Shown here: piece after piece, positions 43,868-53,776 of the stretch | Position numbering within the stretch: position 1 is the stretch's first letter | Layout of the letters: every line of letters starts with the position of its first letter | Source: Nannocystales bacterium | GTDB lineage: Bacteria; Myxococcota_A; Polyangia; Nannocystales; Nannocystaceae | NCBI GenBank assembly: GCA_050633305.1 | Contig: JBOEGF010000038.1 | Span: forward strand, 1 to 64,000 | Length of the DNA stretch: 64,000 nt | Reading direction: 5' to 3' | Notes under the pieces: generated by a model | What the model was told of the DNA's origin: nothing | Databases searched by the model: none | What the model saw: the letters and a program-made list of their open reading frames with translations, nothing else | Translations under genes and position numbers: made by a program

Positions 43868-45295
43868 GTGCGCAGAACCCTGTTGAGTCTCTGTTTGTTG
43901 ACCGCGTGTGGCGAGCCTGCACTGAGCGAGGTTGAGTTGACTCGCTGGACACAGTGGGTTGCCGGAGCACGCATCGTCGAGGGTCCGCCCAAGGTCGATG
44001 TGTTGCTGGTCGTCGACGACTCTCCTTCGATGCACGACCAGGCGGGGTTGTTGGCGGACAACCTCCGAGCCATCGCGGCGGTCTACGAGAGCGAGTGGCT
44101 CGACTACCGGATCGGGGTGATCACGACGCATGTCGCCGGTCCGGATTGCACTTCGGGACGTGACGGGGGACTGGTCCGGACCAGCTGCCGAGAACGCCTG
44201 CCGTCCTTCGTGACGAGTGCGAACCAAGAATCACCCGCGGTCGATCTTCGTCAGGTCTGTACCGATTCGTGTTCGCTCGACGAGGTCACGACGCTGCCAA
44301 CCAGCGTCGGTCCAGATGACACCGCACGGCCCCGGGCGTGGCTCGAACGGGGAGGTGCGGGTCAAAACACCGCCGACCCCGTTGAAGCGCTCGTGTGCTT
44401 GGGACAGGTCGGCGTGTCCGGGTGCACGGCCGAGTCCCCGCTGGGAGCTGTTCAGCGCTTCCTCGACCGCGCAGAAGATCCTGAGGACCCCGATTTTGGT
44501 TTCCTACGGGAGGACGCCGGCCTCTCGATTGTCTTCATTGGGGACGAGGACGATTGCTCGCGAGCGTCCGCGACAAGCCTGCGTGGGGGCGGCTCCGTCT
44601 CCGCGGCGTGCTGGCGCGCGGGTGCGGACTGCGTCGAGGGAGAGGAGGGAGTGTCCTGCGAGGCGGCGAGCAGTCCTGACCTTCTCGACCTCGACGGCTT
44701 CGTCGAGCGCCTGCTGGAGATCGATGCCAACAAGCGTTTGGCCCGAGGAAGGGATGGGCAGCGGGTGTTCGTCAGTGCTGTCGCAGGGGTGCCGCCGGGG
44801 TACCCGGACCTCCCACAGCCCTTCGAACCTGGAGCCGACCCTGCGTTTGAGGATGCGTTTGGGGTCGGCGCCGGTTGTGTTCGTGACGATGTCGTGGGCG
44901 CCCCGTCGGTTCGGACGGTCGCCGTCGCAGAGTCCTTTGCGCCGTGGCAGTCCAGCGTGGTCTCTGCATGCGTGCCGAATTGGACGGCTGCCCTGGCGTG
45001 CCTGCCTGGACCCTCCCTCGACGCACCCCCGCCTTTCTGCCTGGATGTCGAGTTGTTGGCCGAGGGTGCCGACCTCTCGGAGTACTGCGTAATGACCGAG
45101 ACGCGAGGGGGGCAGACCCGCCGACTTCCGGAGTGCAACGTGGAGGACACCGACGCCTGTGTTCTCTGGGTACCCACCATGGAAACTCCGGACTACTGCC
45201 TGGACCGTGGACTCGGGGCAGCAGTCTTCCTACGGCGTCGGGACCCGAGCTGGGAAACGCTCGAGTACGAAGTCACGTGCGCGGCCGAGATCTAG
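43868..45295 (+). CDS. VWA-like Cys-rich lipoprotein
   Basis: LLTAC lipobox; KVDVLLVVDDSPSM (MIDAS DxSxS), RIGVITT, GFLREDA.L..VFIGDEDDCS. Confidence 0.82.
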   Translation: MRRTLLSLCLLTACGEPALSEVELTRWTQWVAGARIVEGPPKVDVLLVVDDSPSMHDQAGLLADNLRAIAAVYESEWLDYRIGVITTHVAGPDCTSGRDGGLVRTSCRERLPSFVTSANQESPAVDLRQVCTDSCSLDEVTTLPTSVGPDDTARPRAWLERGGAGQNTADPVEALVCLGQVGVSGCTAESPLGAVQRFLDRAEDPEDPDFGFLREDAGLSIVFIGDEDDCSRASATSLRGGGSVSAACWRAGADCVEGEEGVSCEAASSPDLLDLDGFVERLLEIDANKRLARGRDGQRVFVSAVAGVPPGYPDLPQPFEPGADPAFEDAFGVGAGCVRDDVVGAPSVRTVAVAESFAPWQSSVVSACVPNWTAALACLPGPSLDAPPPFCLDVELLAEGADLSEYCVMTETRGGQTRRLPECNVEDTDACVLWVPTMETPDYCLDRGLGAAVFLRRRDPSWETLEYEVTCAAEI

Positions 45296-45332
45296 AGGCC
45301 GGCCCCGAGCGGGCGTCCCTAGCTAGGGGATG

Positions 45333-47489
45333 TCATCCTTCGGCCGTGGAAGGCGGCCGACCGCGGCGGGTCGCCCGACGCCGGGTTCGCAGACCAAACC
45401 CAAGCAGCATCATGCAGGCCCACCATGGGCCCGAGGGCTCGGGCCCAACAGAGCATCCTCCGCCCCCTTCCGCAGCACCAGCGTCTGTGTCGCCGGTCGC
45501 ATCCGCCGGACCGGTCGTGCCTCCGCCGAGTCCGTCCGAGGTCCCCGTACTCGCGTCCGCGCCATCCGAGTCTGTCGCGTCATCCTGTCCGGTGGACTCG
45601 CTCGGCTCGACACCGACATCCAACACCAGCGGCTCGGATACGGTTTGGTTGCCCCAAATATCCGTCGCGATACCGACGACCTCCCAGGTGCCCTCGGGGA
45701 ACACCACGCCTTGAAACTCAAACGGAGCGTCGAAGTCTGGGTTGGGGATGACCTCGCCGTTGATGACGAGTTGGACGGCACCCGCATCCCCGCTGACCTC
45801 GGCCACAATCGTAGCCTCGAGCATCAACTCTGGCGTGGATGTGTCTCCAGGAGTGGTGAGCTCGATCGCCGGGGGCTGATCGACCGGTATCATGGCTGCT
45901 TCGATCGCGGCCGGCACCTGTGGCAGCGGGCCAATGTTGTTGCTGTTCTTGGGCTGCGGAAGCCCGGTGGTCTTGAAGATCGCACGCATCTGCTGGGAGC
46001 TGAGCGGCTGACCCAGCTCTTCGATTGCGGACTGCTGAACGAGGGCGGCGGCTCCAGCGACCATCGCACTGGCCGCGCTCGTGCCTCCGAACCCGGAGGT
46101 GTAGCGCTGGTTTTCGTCCGCGCCGTATTCCTCGTAGTCCCCGTAGCCTGCCGTGAAGGTGCTCTCTCCCCACGCTTGCACGTCTACCCGAGCGCCGTAG
46201 CTGCTGAAGGTCGCCCATTCGCGGGTACCTGGGATGCCCGCCCCCACAATGATGGCACCACTGTCGCCGCGCTCGCGATAGGTGGTGAACCCTTCGCCGT
46301 CGAGCGGAAGCCCGCCGTTGCCTGCGGCGGCAACGACGACCATCCCCGCGTCAACCGCCATGCGCGTCGCCAACCAAACCGACTCGGTGAGCTCCGCCGG
46401 GCCGCCTGCTCCCGGTGCTTCGAGTCCCGTGTTCTGCATCTCGAGCAGGATGACGTCTCCGGGTGACGATTCGGAAGCCGCGCTCAGGATGGCACCCGCT
46501 CGTCGGTTCCCCTCCTGTGTCGTCAGCTCCGGGTAGAGCGTCACGGTGCTCGCCGGAGCGATTCCTGTGATCCCGTATCCGTCGTCGCCTCCAACCAGAA
46601 TGCCGAGGACCGCCGTACCGTGGTCTGGGGTGGTGATGTTGGCGGCGTTGGGGGAGATCGTTTGCCCGGCCTCAGCCTCAACTTGGCCGTCGTTGTAGGC
46701 CTCGTGCTCATTGAACCACGAGTACTCGACGTCGCAGATGTGAACGCCTTGGCCATCGAAACCAAGCTCTCGCGCTCCGTCGACGTCGAGGCCGCCTTTG
46801 GCCGGTCGATAAAACTGAAACTCGGTGAGGTCCGGAGTGGGCGGGTCGATGTCGACGGGGGGCGGGGTGCCCACGGGCTCGAAGCTCACCACCTCGATCG
46901 TGTCGAGTTCTTGCAACGCGGTGGCGGCTCGCGCGGCCGCTGCGGTGTCTCCTTCGAGCGTGAAGACTCCCCTGAGGTCGGGTTGCTGTCGTCTGCTTCG
47001 TTGTCTCGCTCGCTCCTCGAGAGCCTCGATTCGGGTGGAGTCCATTCGGAACAATGGTGCCCAGACGAGTCCGCTGTCGGAGGTGATCGACGCGGCAGCG
47101 CTGAGGTCGACTCCATTCTCGCTGATGAGCGCCCCCGCCTCGACACGCGCGCGAGCGGAGTCCGCAAACTTCACCACGACCTGGTAGGGCTGATCCGGCG
47201 CGAGCAGCGGCCGTTTTGGGAGCGGTGAGCGGGCGGCCAAGACTTCCATCGAGTGTTCCCCATCGCGTGCTTCGGGTCCCGCCGCCATGGTTGCTGATGG
47301 CTTGGTTTGCGCGGTGTCGGAGGCCGCTGCGCCGTCGCAGCCCGCGAGGGACAGGGCCAACACGATGCCCATGCCGTGTCGGCGCTGGCGATGGGATGAG
47401 GGGAGACAGCCGCAGACCCCCGCACGTGCGGGCTTGGCCGAACACGTTGGTCGAGGGGATTCCGTGGATTGGGCACTGTGCTCGTTCAT
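45333..47489 (-). CDS. Subtilisin-like S8 protease with Ig-like domain and MYXO-CTERM
   Basis: Catalytic Asp (ICDVE), His (DHGTAV) and Ser (GGTSAAS); AAGNG; C-terminal GGGCSVG...WWACMMLLGFGLRTRRR. Confidence 0.9.
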   Translation of the reverse strand: MNEHSAQSTESPRPTCSAKPARAGVCGCLPSSHRQRRHGMGIVLALSLAGCDGAAASDTAQTKPSATMAAGPEARDGEHSMEVLAARSPLPKRPLLAPDQPYQVVVKFADSARARVEAGALISENGVDLSAAASITSDSGLVWAPLFRMDSTRIEALEERARQRSRRQQPDLRGVFTLEGDTAAAARAATALQELDTIEVVSFEPVGTPPPVDIDPPTPDLTEFQFYRPAKGGLDVDGARELGFDGQGVHICDVEYSWFNEHEAYNDGQVEAEAGQTISPNAANITTPDHGTAVLGILVGGDDGYGITGIAPASTVTLYPELTTQEGNRRAGAILSAASESSPGDVILLEMQNTGLEAPGAGGPAELTESVWLATRMAVDAGMVVVAAAGNGGLPLDGEGFTTYRERGDSGAIIVGAGIPGTREWATFSSYGARVDVQAWGESTFTAGYGDYEEYGADENQRYTSGFGGTSAASAMVAGAAALVQQSAIEELGQPLSSQQMRAIFKTTGLPQPKNSNNIGPLPQVPAAIEAAMIPVDQPPAIELTTPGDTSTPELMLEATIVAEVSGDAGAVQLVINGEVIPNPDFDAPFEFQGVVFPEGTWEVVGIATDIWGNQTVSEPLVLDVGVEPSESTGQDDATDSDGADASTGTSDGLGGGTTGPADATGDTDAGAAEGGGGCSVGPEPSGPWWACMMLLGFGLRTRRRATRRGRPPSTAEG

Positions 47490-47948
47490 GCTGTTCGTTC
47501 CTGGATGACGTCGCCCGGCTAGGCGTCTGCGTCCGCAGCCGAATGCTGAGATCTGGGGTCAACGGGAAGAGCCGGCACTCGCGCCAGCGCAATCACGTTC
47601 GGCGTGTCCGGCACCGTCGAGTGCCAGGCATTCCGTGCGGAGTCCGTCAGGACTTGGGGTACCCCGCGTTCACTGCGTTCGCAACACAGCTGGGTCCGTC
47701 GGTTGGGGTCAGACACCGTCGAGCACACGTAAGTTCGACATCGTCTCCAAGGACTCTCGGGCGAGGTTCCGGTGCGTTAATGCGGGGCCGTCTCGCGCAT
47801 TCGAAACGAAACCTCTCGATTGTGCGTGCGTCCATGTCTGCGGCGGAAAAGCGACGGTGTTCGGAAGCGGAATCACGTCGTTCACCGATCACGTGCGACA
47901 CTCTGAGGCGACCGCGAAGTTGATGCTGCGGCCGTTCGCAGGAGTCCA

Positions 47949-48443
47949 ATGGAGCCAGTGCAAGCCCAACCCAACCCCTATCAGCCTCCGTCGGAAGGCG
48001 GGTCGCCAGGGTCACAACCGCCGATCGACGACACTCCGTTTCCGGCGAGTCGGGGGCGAAGATTTGGCAACCTCATGATCGACGGGATCGTGCTTGGTGT
48101 CGTCGTCAGCGCCCTGTTCTCTGTGTTCGACGAGCTTGGGTTCGAGCCAGAGGGGTTCGTCTTGCAGTGGGTCCCAGAGATCCTGGGCTATCTCCTGACC
48201 TACGTGGTGCCTGAGACGTTCCTCGGCCGCACGGTAGGGAAGTTTGCAACAGGGACCAAGGTCGTCGACGTACGCGGCGGGAAGCCCTCGGTTGGCCAAG
48301 TCCTCGGTCGCACGTTGATCCGATTGGTCCCCTTCGACGGGTTGTCGTTTCTGTGGGGGGACAACACGGGCTGGCACGACCAGTGGTCGCGTACCCTCGT
48401 GGTGCCGTTGCTTGACCCGTACTCGGACATCCCGACGCGTTGA
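47949..48443 (+). CDS. RDD family membrane protein
   Basis: NPYQPP, ASRGRRFGNLMID, GRTVGK, RTLIR.VPFD, WHD..S.T.VV. Confidence 0.9.
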   Translation: MEPVQAQPNPYQPPSEGGSPGSQPPIDDTPFPASRGRRFGNLMIDGIVLGVVVSALFSVFDELGFEPEGFVLQWVPEILGYLLTYVVPETFLGRTVGKFATGTKVVDVRGGKPSVGQVLGRTLIRLVPFDGLSFLWGDNTGWHDQWSRTLVVPLLDPYSDIPTR

Positions 48444-48444
48444 A

Positions 48445-49449
48445 TCAACGGCTGCTCTCGAGCGACACGGGTCGCACGCGCTCGACCATGGACGCGTTGA
48501 ACCTGGCAGGTTCGTCGACAAATGGCTCGTGCCCTGAATTCTCGAACCACAGGAGCGTCTTCGAGGGGGCCCGGAGCCCGTCTATGAAGGCCGTGCTGTT
48601 CTCGGCCGGGACCCAGCGATCGTGACGCCCCAGGAAGAAGAACGTGGGGATCTTGAGCGAGGGAACGAGCTTGGTGAGGTCGATGCGAGACACCTCGGGC
48701 CACATCGCTTCGAGTGAGAAGCGAAAGCCGTGGAGCAATCGTGGGAGGTCGCCCAGCGTGTACTCGGGTCCAGCGAGCACCACTCGGGCGAGGTTCCACA
48801 ACGGCTTCACCCCGAGCTTGCCCTCGAACCGTTGCAGGCACGTGCGCTCCCTCCAGAGCTCGTCGACCCCGTACGGCGGTGCCCCGATTTCACGAAGCTC
48901 GCGCAGCGCCCGGCGGTCCTGCCGACGCTCGGCCTCCTCCACAGCGTATGCGTAGGACCGAGCCTCGGCATCTGGCCAATCACCGATCTGTCCGCTGCCG
49001 ACATAAGAAGCAACCTTCGCCGGGAACCGAGACGCATACAGCACGCCCAGCACCGAGCCCCACGAGTGGCCGAAGAGCGTGACCTTCTTCTGGTTCAGGC
49101 GACGACGCACTTCGTCGACCAACTCGTCGAGGTCGCGGATGAACTGCTCGACGGTCATCGAGGACCGAGGGATGGTCTCGTCGTACGACTTGGCGGTGCC
49201 ACGCTGGTCCCAGTAGACGACGGTGAAGTCGCGTTCGAGTGCGCCGTTGTGATGGCGGAACAGCCGTGTCTCCGAGAATCCGGGTCCGCCATGAAGAACG
49301 ATCAGCGGTGGGTTTCCGCAGTCGTGGCCGCGGATCATCACCCACTGGTCGAGGCCTCCCAGACGCATGGACACGACCTCGGCGATGCTTCCAGGCGTGA
49401 GCGAGCCATCGGGCTCGAGGAACGGCGGGGTGTGTCCGCGGTGCTGCAT
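48445..49449 (-). CDS. Alpha/beta hydrolase (proline iminopeptidase-like)
   Basis: QWVMIRG, LHGGPG, WDQRG, GHSWG nucleophile, GRHD, FENSGH. Confidence 0.9.
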   Translation of the reverse strand: MQHRGHTPPFLEPDGSLTPGSIAEVVSMRLGGLDQWVMIRGHDCGNPPLIVLHGGPGFSETRLFRHHNGALERDFTVVYWDQRGTAKSYDETIPRSSMTVEQFIRDLDELVDEVRRRLNQKKVTLFGHSWGSVLGVLYASRFPAKVASYVGSGQIGDWPDAEARSYAYAVEEAERRQDRRALRELREIGAPPYGVDELWRERTCLQRFEGKLGVKPLWNLARVVLAGPEYTLGDLPRLLHGFRFSLEAMWPEVSRIDLTKLVPSLKIPTFFFLGRHDRWVPAENSTAFIDGLRAPSKTLLWFENSGHEPFVDEPARFNASMVERVRPVSLESSR

Positions 49450-49825
49450 CGAGGTTCGAGTTGCCGCGGCTTGGCGCGGTAGCACCAGCAAGATTTGCAG
49501 GCCGTCTGGTCCGAGCGTCGCTAGGGCGCGAGCGGCTCGATGATCGGCGACGTTACAGGAGAGGTCGAGCGCGGCGGCGACGAACGCCACCACGATACAG
49601 GCGTACCGCGGCGGACCGAGCGAAGGAGTATGTCAACTCCAATGGGCCCACGAGTCGACGGGCTGGTCGCTCGTCCAGGTCGCGAGGATGCAGACGCAAA
49701 CGCGAACCACGGCCCAGAGCGCAAGCCTTCGATGATCGCGCGTTGAAGCCAAGCGTGATTGTAGAGAGTCTCAGGAGCCTCCTCCTCGAGCCGGCGGCAG
49801 GGAATCGAAGCCCGGAACGTGAGCG

Positions 49826-50722
49826 CTATCGTTCTCGCGTTTTCTTGGACCGACTGGGGGCCGTTGCGGCGGTGATCGCATCCAGCAATGTTCGGGTGCT
49901 GGGCGGCAACCTTCCCGCCTTTGGGTAGACCGCCCAATACGTCATTCGGCCGAGGCCGAGGTCGAGCTCGTGGTGGACCCTGACCAATCGCCCGCGTTGA
50001 AGGTCCTCTTGAACGAGCGCGTCGTCGACGATGCCCAGCCCCACGCCGTCTCGGATGGCATCGAGCACCATCCCGAAGTCGTCTGCGCAGAACCGAGTTT
50101 TCCGGGGCAGGGGGGGCGCGTACTCTTCGTTGGTGCCAGGTCGTCGAAAGGCGACGACGGGGGCGGGCACGCCCTCCTGGAGCCGAGACGCGACCTCGGG
50201 GGTGCCGACGACAATGAGCTCGCTCCGGAACAGGACGCGGTTTCGCAGGTCGGAGTCGACGAGCCGTTGGCCGACCCGGATCGCGATGTCGACGTCGTCG
50301 AGAAGGGGGTTGACGAGCCGGGTCGTCAACACGAGGTCGACCCTGGCACCTGGGTGGTCTCGCAGGTAGTCGGTGATGATGCCGCGCAGGAACGTGTGAG
50401 CCACGACGTTTGTGCACGAGACTCGGACCGTGCCTTCGACCTCGTTCGAGAGGTTGGCGACTGCGCGTTCTCCCTCGGCCAGGCTCACCGCGGCCCGCTT
50501 GGCGTGGCGCACGTATTCGGCTCCCGCATCGGTGAGCTTGACGTTCCTCGTGTTGCGCATGAGGAGCGGTGCGCCCAGGTGTTCTTCCAGGCGTTGGATG
50601 CCGCGGCTGATTGTGGAGCTGTTGACCCCGAGCTTCGCCGCGGCGCCCCGAAACGATCCGGCGTCGGCCACCCCGAGGAGCAGGTCGACGTCGGTGAAGC
50701 GGGCCACGATGGTGTCTATCAC
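49826..50722 (-). CDS. LysR-family transcriptional regulator
   Basis: GSFRGAA...STISRGI..LE..LG..LL.RNTR...LTDAG; DIAIRVG. Confidence 0.92.
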   Translation of the reverse strand: MIDTIVARFTDVDLLLGVADAGSFRGAAAKLGVNSSTISRGIQRLEEHLGAPLLMRNTRNVKLTDAGAEYVRHAKRAAVSLAEGERAVANLSNEVEGTVRVSCTNVVAHTFLRGIITDYLRDHPGARVDLVLTTRLVNPLLDDVDIAIRVGQRLVDSDLRNRVLFRSELIVVGTPEVASRLQEGVPAPVVAFRRPGTNEEYAPPLPRKTRFCADDFGMVLDAIRDGVGLGIVDDALVQEDLQRGRLVRVHHELDLGLGRMTYWAVYPKAGRLPPSTRTLLDAITAATAPSRSKKTRER

Positions 50723-50796
50723 ACTGGTGCGAATGAGGGGCAGTGTGGTGCGAATGTGCGGCTTTGCAGGAGGCGGTCCAGGACCACACTGAGGTC

Positions 50797-51825
50797 ATGT
50801 CCAACCCAACGAAGACTGCGCTCATCACCGGGGCGAACTCCGGCGTCGGTTTCGAGGCCGCGCGACTCCTTGGACTCGACCCCTCGTACGGCAGGGTCTA
50901 TCTGGCGGTTCGCTCTCAGGCGAAGGGGGTCGCGGCCAGGAGCCGATTGGCCCAGCTTTGTGGCTGCGATGAGGGGAAGTTCGAGGTGCTGACCATCGAT
51001 GTCTCGTCGGCCGAGTCCACGCGGGAGGCCCTCGGCTTGTTGTTCGCGGCCCGACCCGAGCTGAAGTTCGACTACGTCCTACTCAATGCCGGGAGGGTTG
51101 GTGGGGTTGAGCTCGAGCGGACGGCCGATTCGATCGACGTTGCGTACGCAGCAACACTGGTCGGGCACCACATCATCGCCCTCGACGTGCTCGACCGTGG
51201 AGCCCTGCGGTCCGGAGCCACGATCGTCATCGCCGGGGCCGAGGCCGCTCGAGGCACCCTCAGCGGCATGACGCTGCGAGACGTCCACGCGCTCGCCAGC
51301 GAGCGTTATGAGGGCGACTTGAGCCAAGCAACGACGGCGCTCCTTCGGGGAGAGGCACCGGGGACCTACGACGCCCGTGGCGATCTCGCGACCCTCAAGG
51401 CCTTCGCCGTGTGGTGGGCGGCAGCTCTGGCGCGCCGCTTGGAATCCCGCCACATCGACGCGAAGGTTTTTTCGGTCTCGCCGGGGGGAACCCCCGAAAC
51501 GAACGGGCCGCAATATCTGCCTTTTCCGATGCGAGTCGTGCTGAAGATCCTGACACCGATCCTAAAACTAGCCGGCCAGGCGCACTCCGTCCCCAAGGCA
51601 GCGCAGCGATACATCGACGTCCTCTCGCGTCCAACATCGGACTCCGGCAAGTTCTTTGCCTCGCCTCACGAGAAGGGGATTGGAGCGCTGACCGACAACA
51701 CAGCGCTGTACGGGCACTTTCGCGACGAGGCGTTGCAGGAGGCCGTGTTCGCATCGCTCCAGCAGGTCACGGGTGCTTCCATGGAGTTGCACCCACGGAC
51801 CACCGCCGCTGCGGAGGCGAGCTAG
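50797..51825 (+). CDS. Short-chain dehydrogenase/reductase (atypical)
   Basis: TGANSGVG, LNAG; the usual catalytic YxxxK appears as LATLK; divergent from the LysR gene. Confidence 0.82.
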   Translation: MSNPTKTALITGANSGVGFEAARLLGLDPSYGRVYLAVRSQAKGVAARSRLAQLCGCDEGKFEVLTIDVSSAESTREALGLLFAARPELKFDYVLLNAGRVGGVELERTADSIDVAYAATLVGHHIIALDVLDRGALRSGATIVIAGAEAARGTLSGMTLRDVHALASERYEGDLSQATTALLRGEAPGTYDARGDLATLKAFAVWWAAALARRLESRHIDAKVFSVSPGGTPETNGPQYLPFPMRVVLKILTPILKLAGQAHSVPKAAQRYIDVLSRPTSDSGKFFASPHEKGIGALTDNTALYGHFRDEALQEAVFASLQQVTGASMELHPRTTAAAEAS

Positions 51826-51856
51826 GGGCGCTCCCCCACGCTCCGAGCACTCCCTG

Positions 51857-52552
51857 TCAGCCGAATGTTCGCTGGATCGAGTCGCGGAGCACATTCGAGG
51901 CATCGGCGTCGAGCAGCCCTCCGTGCCCCCCGATGAGCTTGTCGAACGGCAGCTCGGCAAGGGTGTCGAAGTCGTTGCGCAGCGAGCCGCCCGGTGGGGT
52001 CATCATCTTGCGCCACGGGGGCCCGATCTGTGCGGGGTGTTTGAAGCCGAGCAGCGAAGTGACGACCTTGGCACCCATGGACATGAGGGGGTGCGGCACC
52101 CAATGTTGCACGCTGTCGCAGGTGACCAGCAGCCCCCCGTTGCGCTCGAGCAGGAGTGCTCCCTCGGGCTGGGTTGTTTCGCGGAATCGAAAGACCCTGG
52201 CGTCGGGGAAGGGAAGCTCGGTCGCTTCTGTCAGTTCGGTGGTTCCTTCCTTGGGGTCGGCGGCCCAGAGTTTCGCGCCGTAGCGATCAGCGTAGTAGAC
52301 GTCGTCCATTCCGTGCCCACCGATCTTCATGACGTGCGCGACCTTCCCGAGTGCATCGAGGGCGCGCTCGCCCGCGGCATCGAGTCGGACCGCGTTGACC
52401 AGGGTGAGTTCGCCGTCATGGCGGACCACAACCATGTTGCGGATCAGTCGGACCAGCGGCTTGAGGACGACGGAGCCGGTCACGTACCAGGCATCCTCGA
52501 AGATCGGTTGCAGCTCCCCGTGGGGTTCGGCGGGTGGGAGGTCGGTCACCAT
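51857..52552 (-). CDS. Metallo-beta-lactamase-fold / DUF4336-like protein
   Basis: RNMVVVR..GEL..VNAVRL, IGGHGMD, LLVTCDS, FDKLIGGHG. TGATG overlap with the upstream gene. Confidence 0.75.
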   Translation of the reverse strand: MVTDLPPAEPHGELQPIFEDAWYVTGSVVLKPLVRLIRNMVVVRHDGELTLVNAVRLDAAGERALDALGKVAHVMKIGGHGMDDVYYADRYGAKLWAADPKEGTTELTEATELPFPDARVFRFRETTQPEGALLLERNGGLLVTCDSVQHWVPHPLMSMGAKVVTSLLGFKHPAQIGPPWRKMMTPPGGSLRNDFDTLAELPFDKLIGGHGGLLDADASNVLRDSIQRTFG

Positions 52553-52953
52553 CACGACGCCAGCCAAGCTCGGGCCTCAGCCCGCGTTGCAAAGTAGGCG
52601 GTCGGGAAGTCGGCGGGGCCTTCGGGCGCGGGGGGAGCACCAATCGGGGGGAAGCCGGCCGGGACAACCAGGGCTTGCTTCTTCACCCCAGCCGCATTGA
52701 GGCGAGGGATGGTGTTGGCATCGCGCCACTGCACGTCCAACTCTTGGGCGTTCATTCCGAACTGGACCGCGTCGATGAGGATGCCCGAACGTCCGCACGT
52801 CTCGACGAAATCGGCGATGACCTCCTGGCGTCGGTTGAAGCTCTCGCCGGTGAGCTGCGAGGAGCCGTCGTACCAACGGACTTCGAGGTCGTCGGCGGTG
52901 GGATCGTCGATGAGCGAGCCCTGGTGGTCTTCGTAAACAATGGTGGCTTTCAT
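52552..52953 (-). CDS. STAS/SEC14-like hypothetical protein
   Basis: ILIDA, PRL..AGVKK.A.VVP, YF.TR.EARAWL. Confidence 0.75.
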   Translation of the reverse strand: MKATIVYEDHQGSLIDDPTADDLEVRWYDGSSQLTGESFNRRQEVIADFVETCGRSGILIDAVQFGMNAQELDVQWRDANTIPRLNAAGVKKQALVVPAGFPPIGAPPAPEGPADFPTAYFATRAEARAWLAS

Positions 52954-53033
52954 GGTCTGACTGCTTTCGCGTGGGCGTCCGGTTGGCGCATGTCGAACCT
53001 AAGCCAATGAAATCATAGGCTTTCGTTCATTTA

Positions 53034-53087
53034 CGGAATCGGACGTTTCCAGTATGGGATCCGCATTTCCGGAAGTCAAGAGTTCCG
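53034..53087. promoter_or_regulatory. Two candidate TetR operators, CGGAA-N8-TTCCR
   Basis: CGGAATCGGACGTTTCCA (53034-53051) and CGGAAGTCAAGAGTTCCG (53070-53087) in the divergent gap; an additional IR AAGCCAATGA-AA-TCATAGGCTT at 53001-53022. Confidence 0.55.
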
Positions 53088-53104
53088 ATAAGATTCATCC
53101 CACG

Positions 53105-53692
53105 ATGGCGCACGAAGGTCGGCGGTCCGAGAAGGCCAGAGGGCGCAAGCGCGACGCGGAGCGCACCGACGCGATTCTCGCAGCCGCTGGCGAGCTCCTC
53201 GTCGAGGTGGGTTTCGACCGGCTGCGGATCTCGGACGTCGCCAAGCGAGCAGGCAGCGGGACCGGTGCGATCTACCGCCGCTGGTCGACGAAGGAAGCAC
53301 TCCTCGCGGAGGCGATCCGGGCGATGCCCGACGCGGAGATCGAATCCACCGCGGATCCGGTGGCCGACCTACGGGCGCACGTGGCCGACCGTTGTACCTC
53401 AACCGCGAAGAAGCCGGACCTCGTCCCTGGCCTCATCGCAGCGATGCGGGCCGACTCGGGTATCGAGCGGGCTGTCAAAGACGGCCTGACGCTCGACTAC
53501 CTCAAAGACGCGGTCGCGCGCGTCGTGGGGCCCGAGCACCCGCACTTGGATCTCCTCACGCAGCTTCTCCCCGCGCTCACCCTGTTCCGGGCCGCCTTCA
53601 TCCCCGAGACCGTCGACGCGGGGGAGATGACGGAGGAGATCATGTCGTTCATCCAATCGGCCGCGGACCCCAACACTCGCGGCAACGGGTGA
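53105..53692 (+). CDS. TetR/AcrR-family regulator
   Basis: AILAAAGELL.EVGF..L.I.DVAKRAG.G.GAIYRRW.TKE.LL. Confidence 0.92.
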   Translation: MAHEGRRSEKARGRKRDAERTDAILAAAGELLVEVGFDRLRISDVAKRAGSGTGAIYRRWSTKEALLAEAIRAMPDAEIESTADPVADLRAHVADRCTSTAKKPDLVPGLIAAMRADSGIERAVKDGLTLDYLKDAVARVVGPEHPHLDLLTQLLPALTLFRAAFIPETVDAGEMTEEIMSFIQSAADPNTRGNG

Positions 53693-53776
53693 CCCGACTC
53701 GCGGTGTCGGTCCTCGGGCGTCGGTGCTGTATCGACCACTCCGGTGCCGTCACCACGGATGTTCCGCCGCGCGTGC

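Noticed and set aside
47490..47948. Possible ncRNA or small ORF in the 460-bp divergent gap
   Set aside because: Only short GC hairpins and unconvincing ORFs; no recognisable RNA family.
49450..49825. Possible pseudogene fragments (APETLYNHAWLQRAIIEGL..., YACIVVAFVAAALDL...)
   Set aside because: They look protein-like but cannot be assigned to any family by eye.
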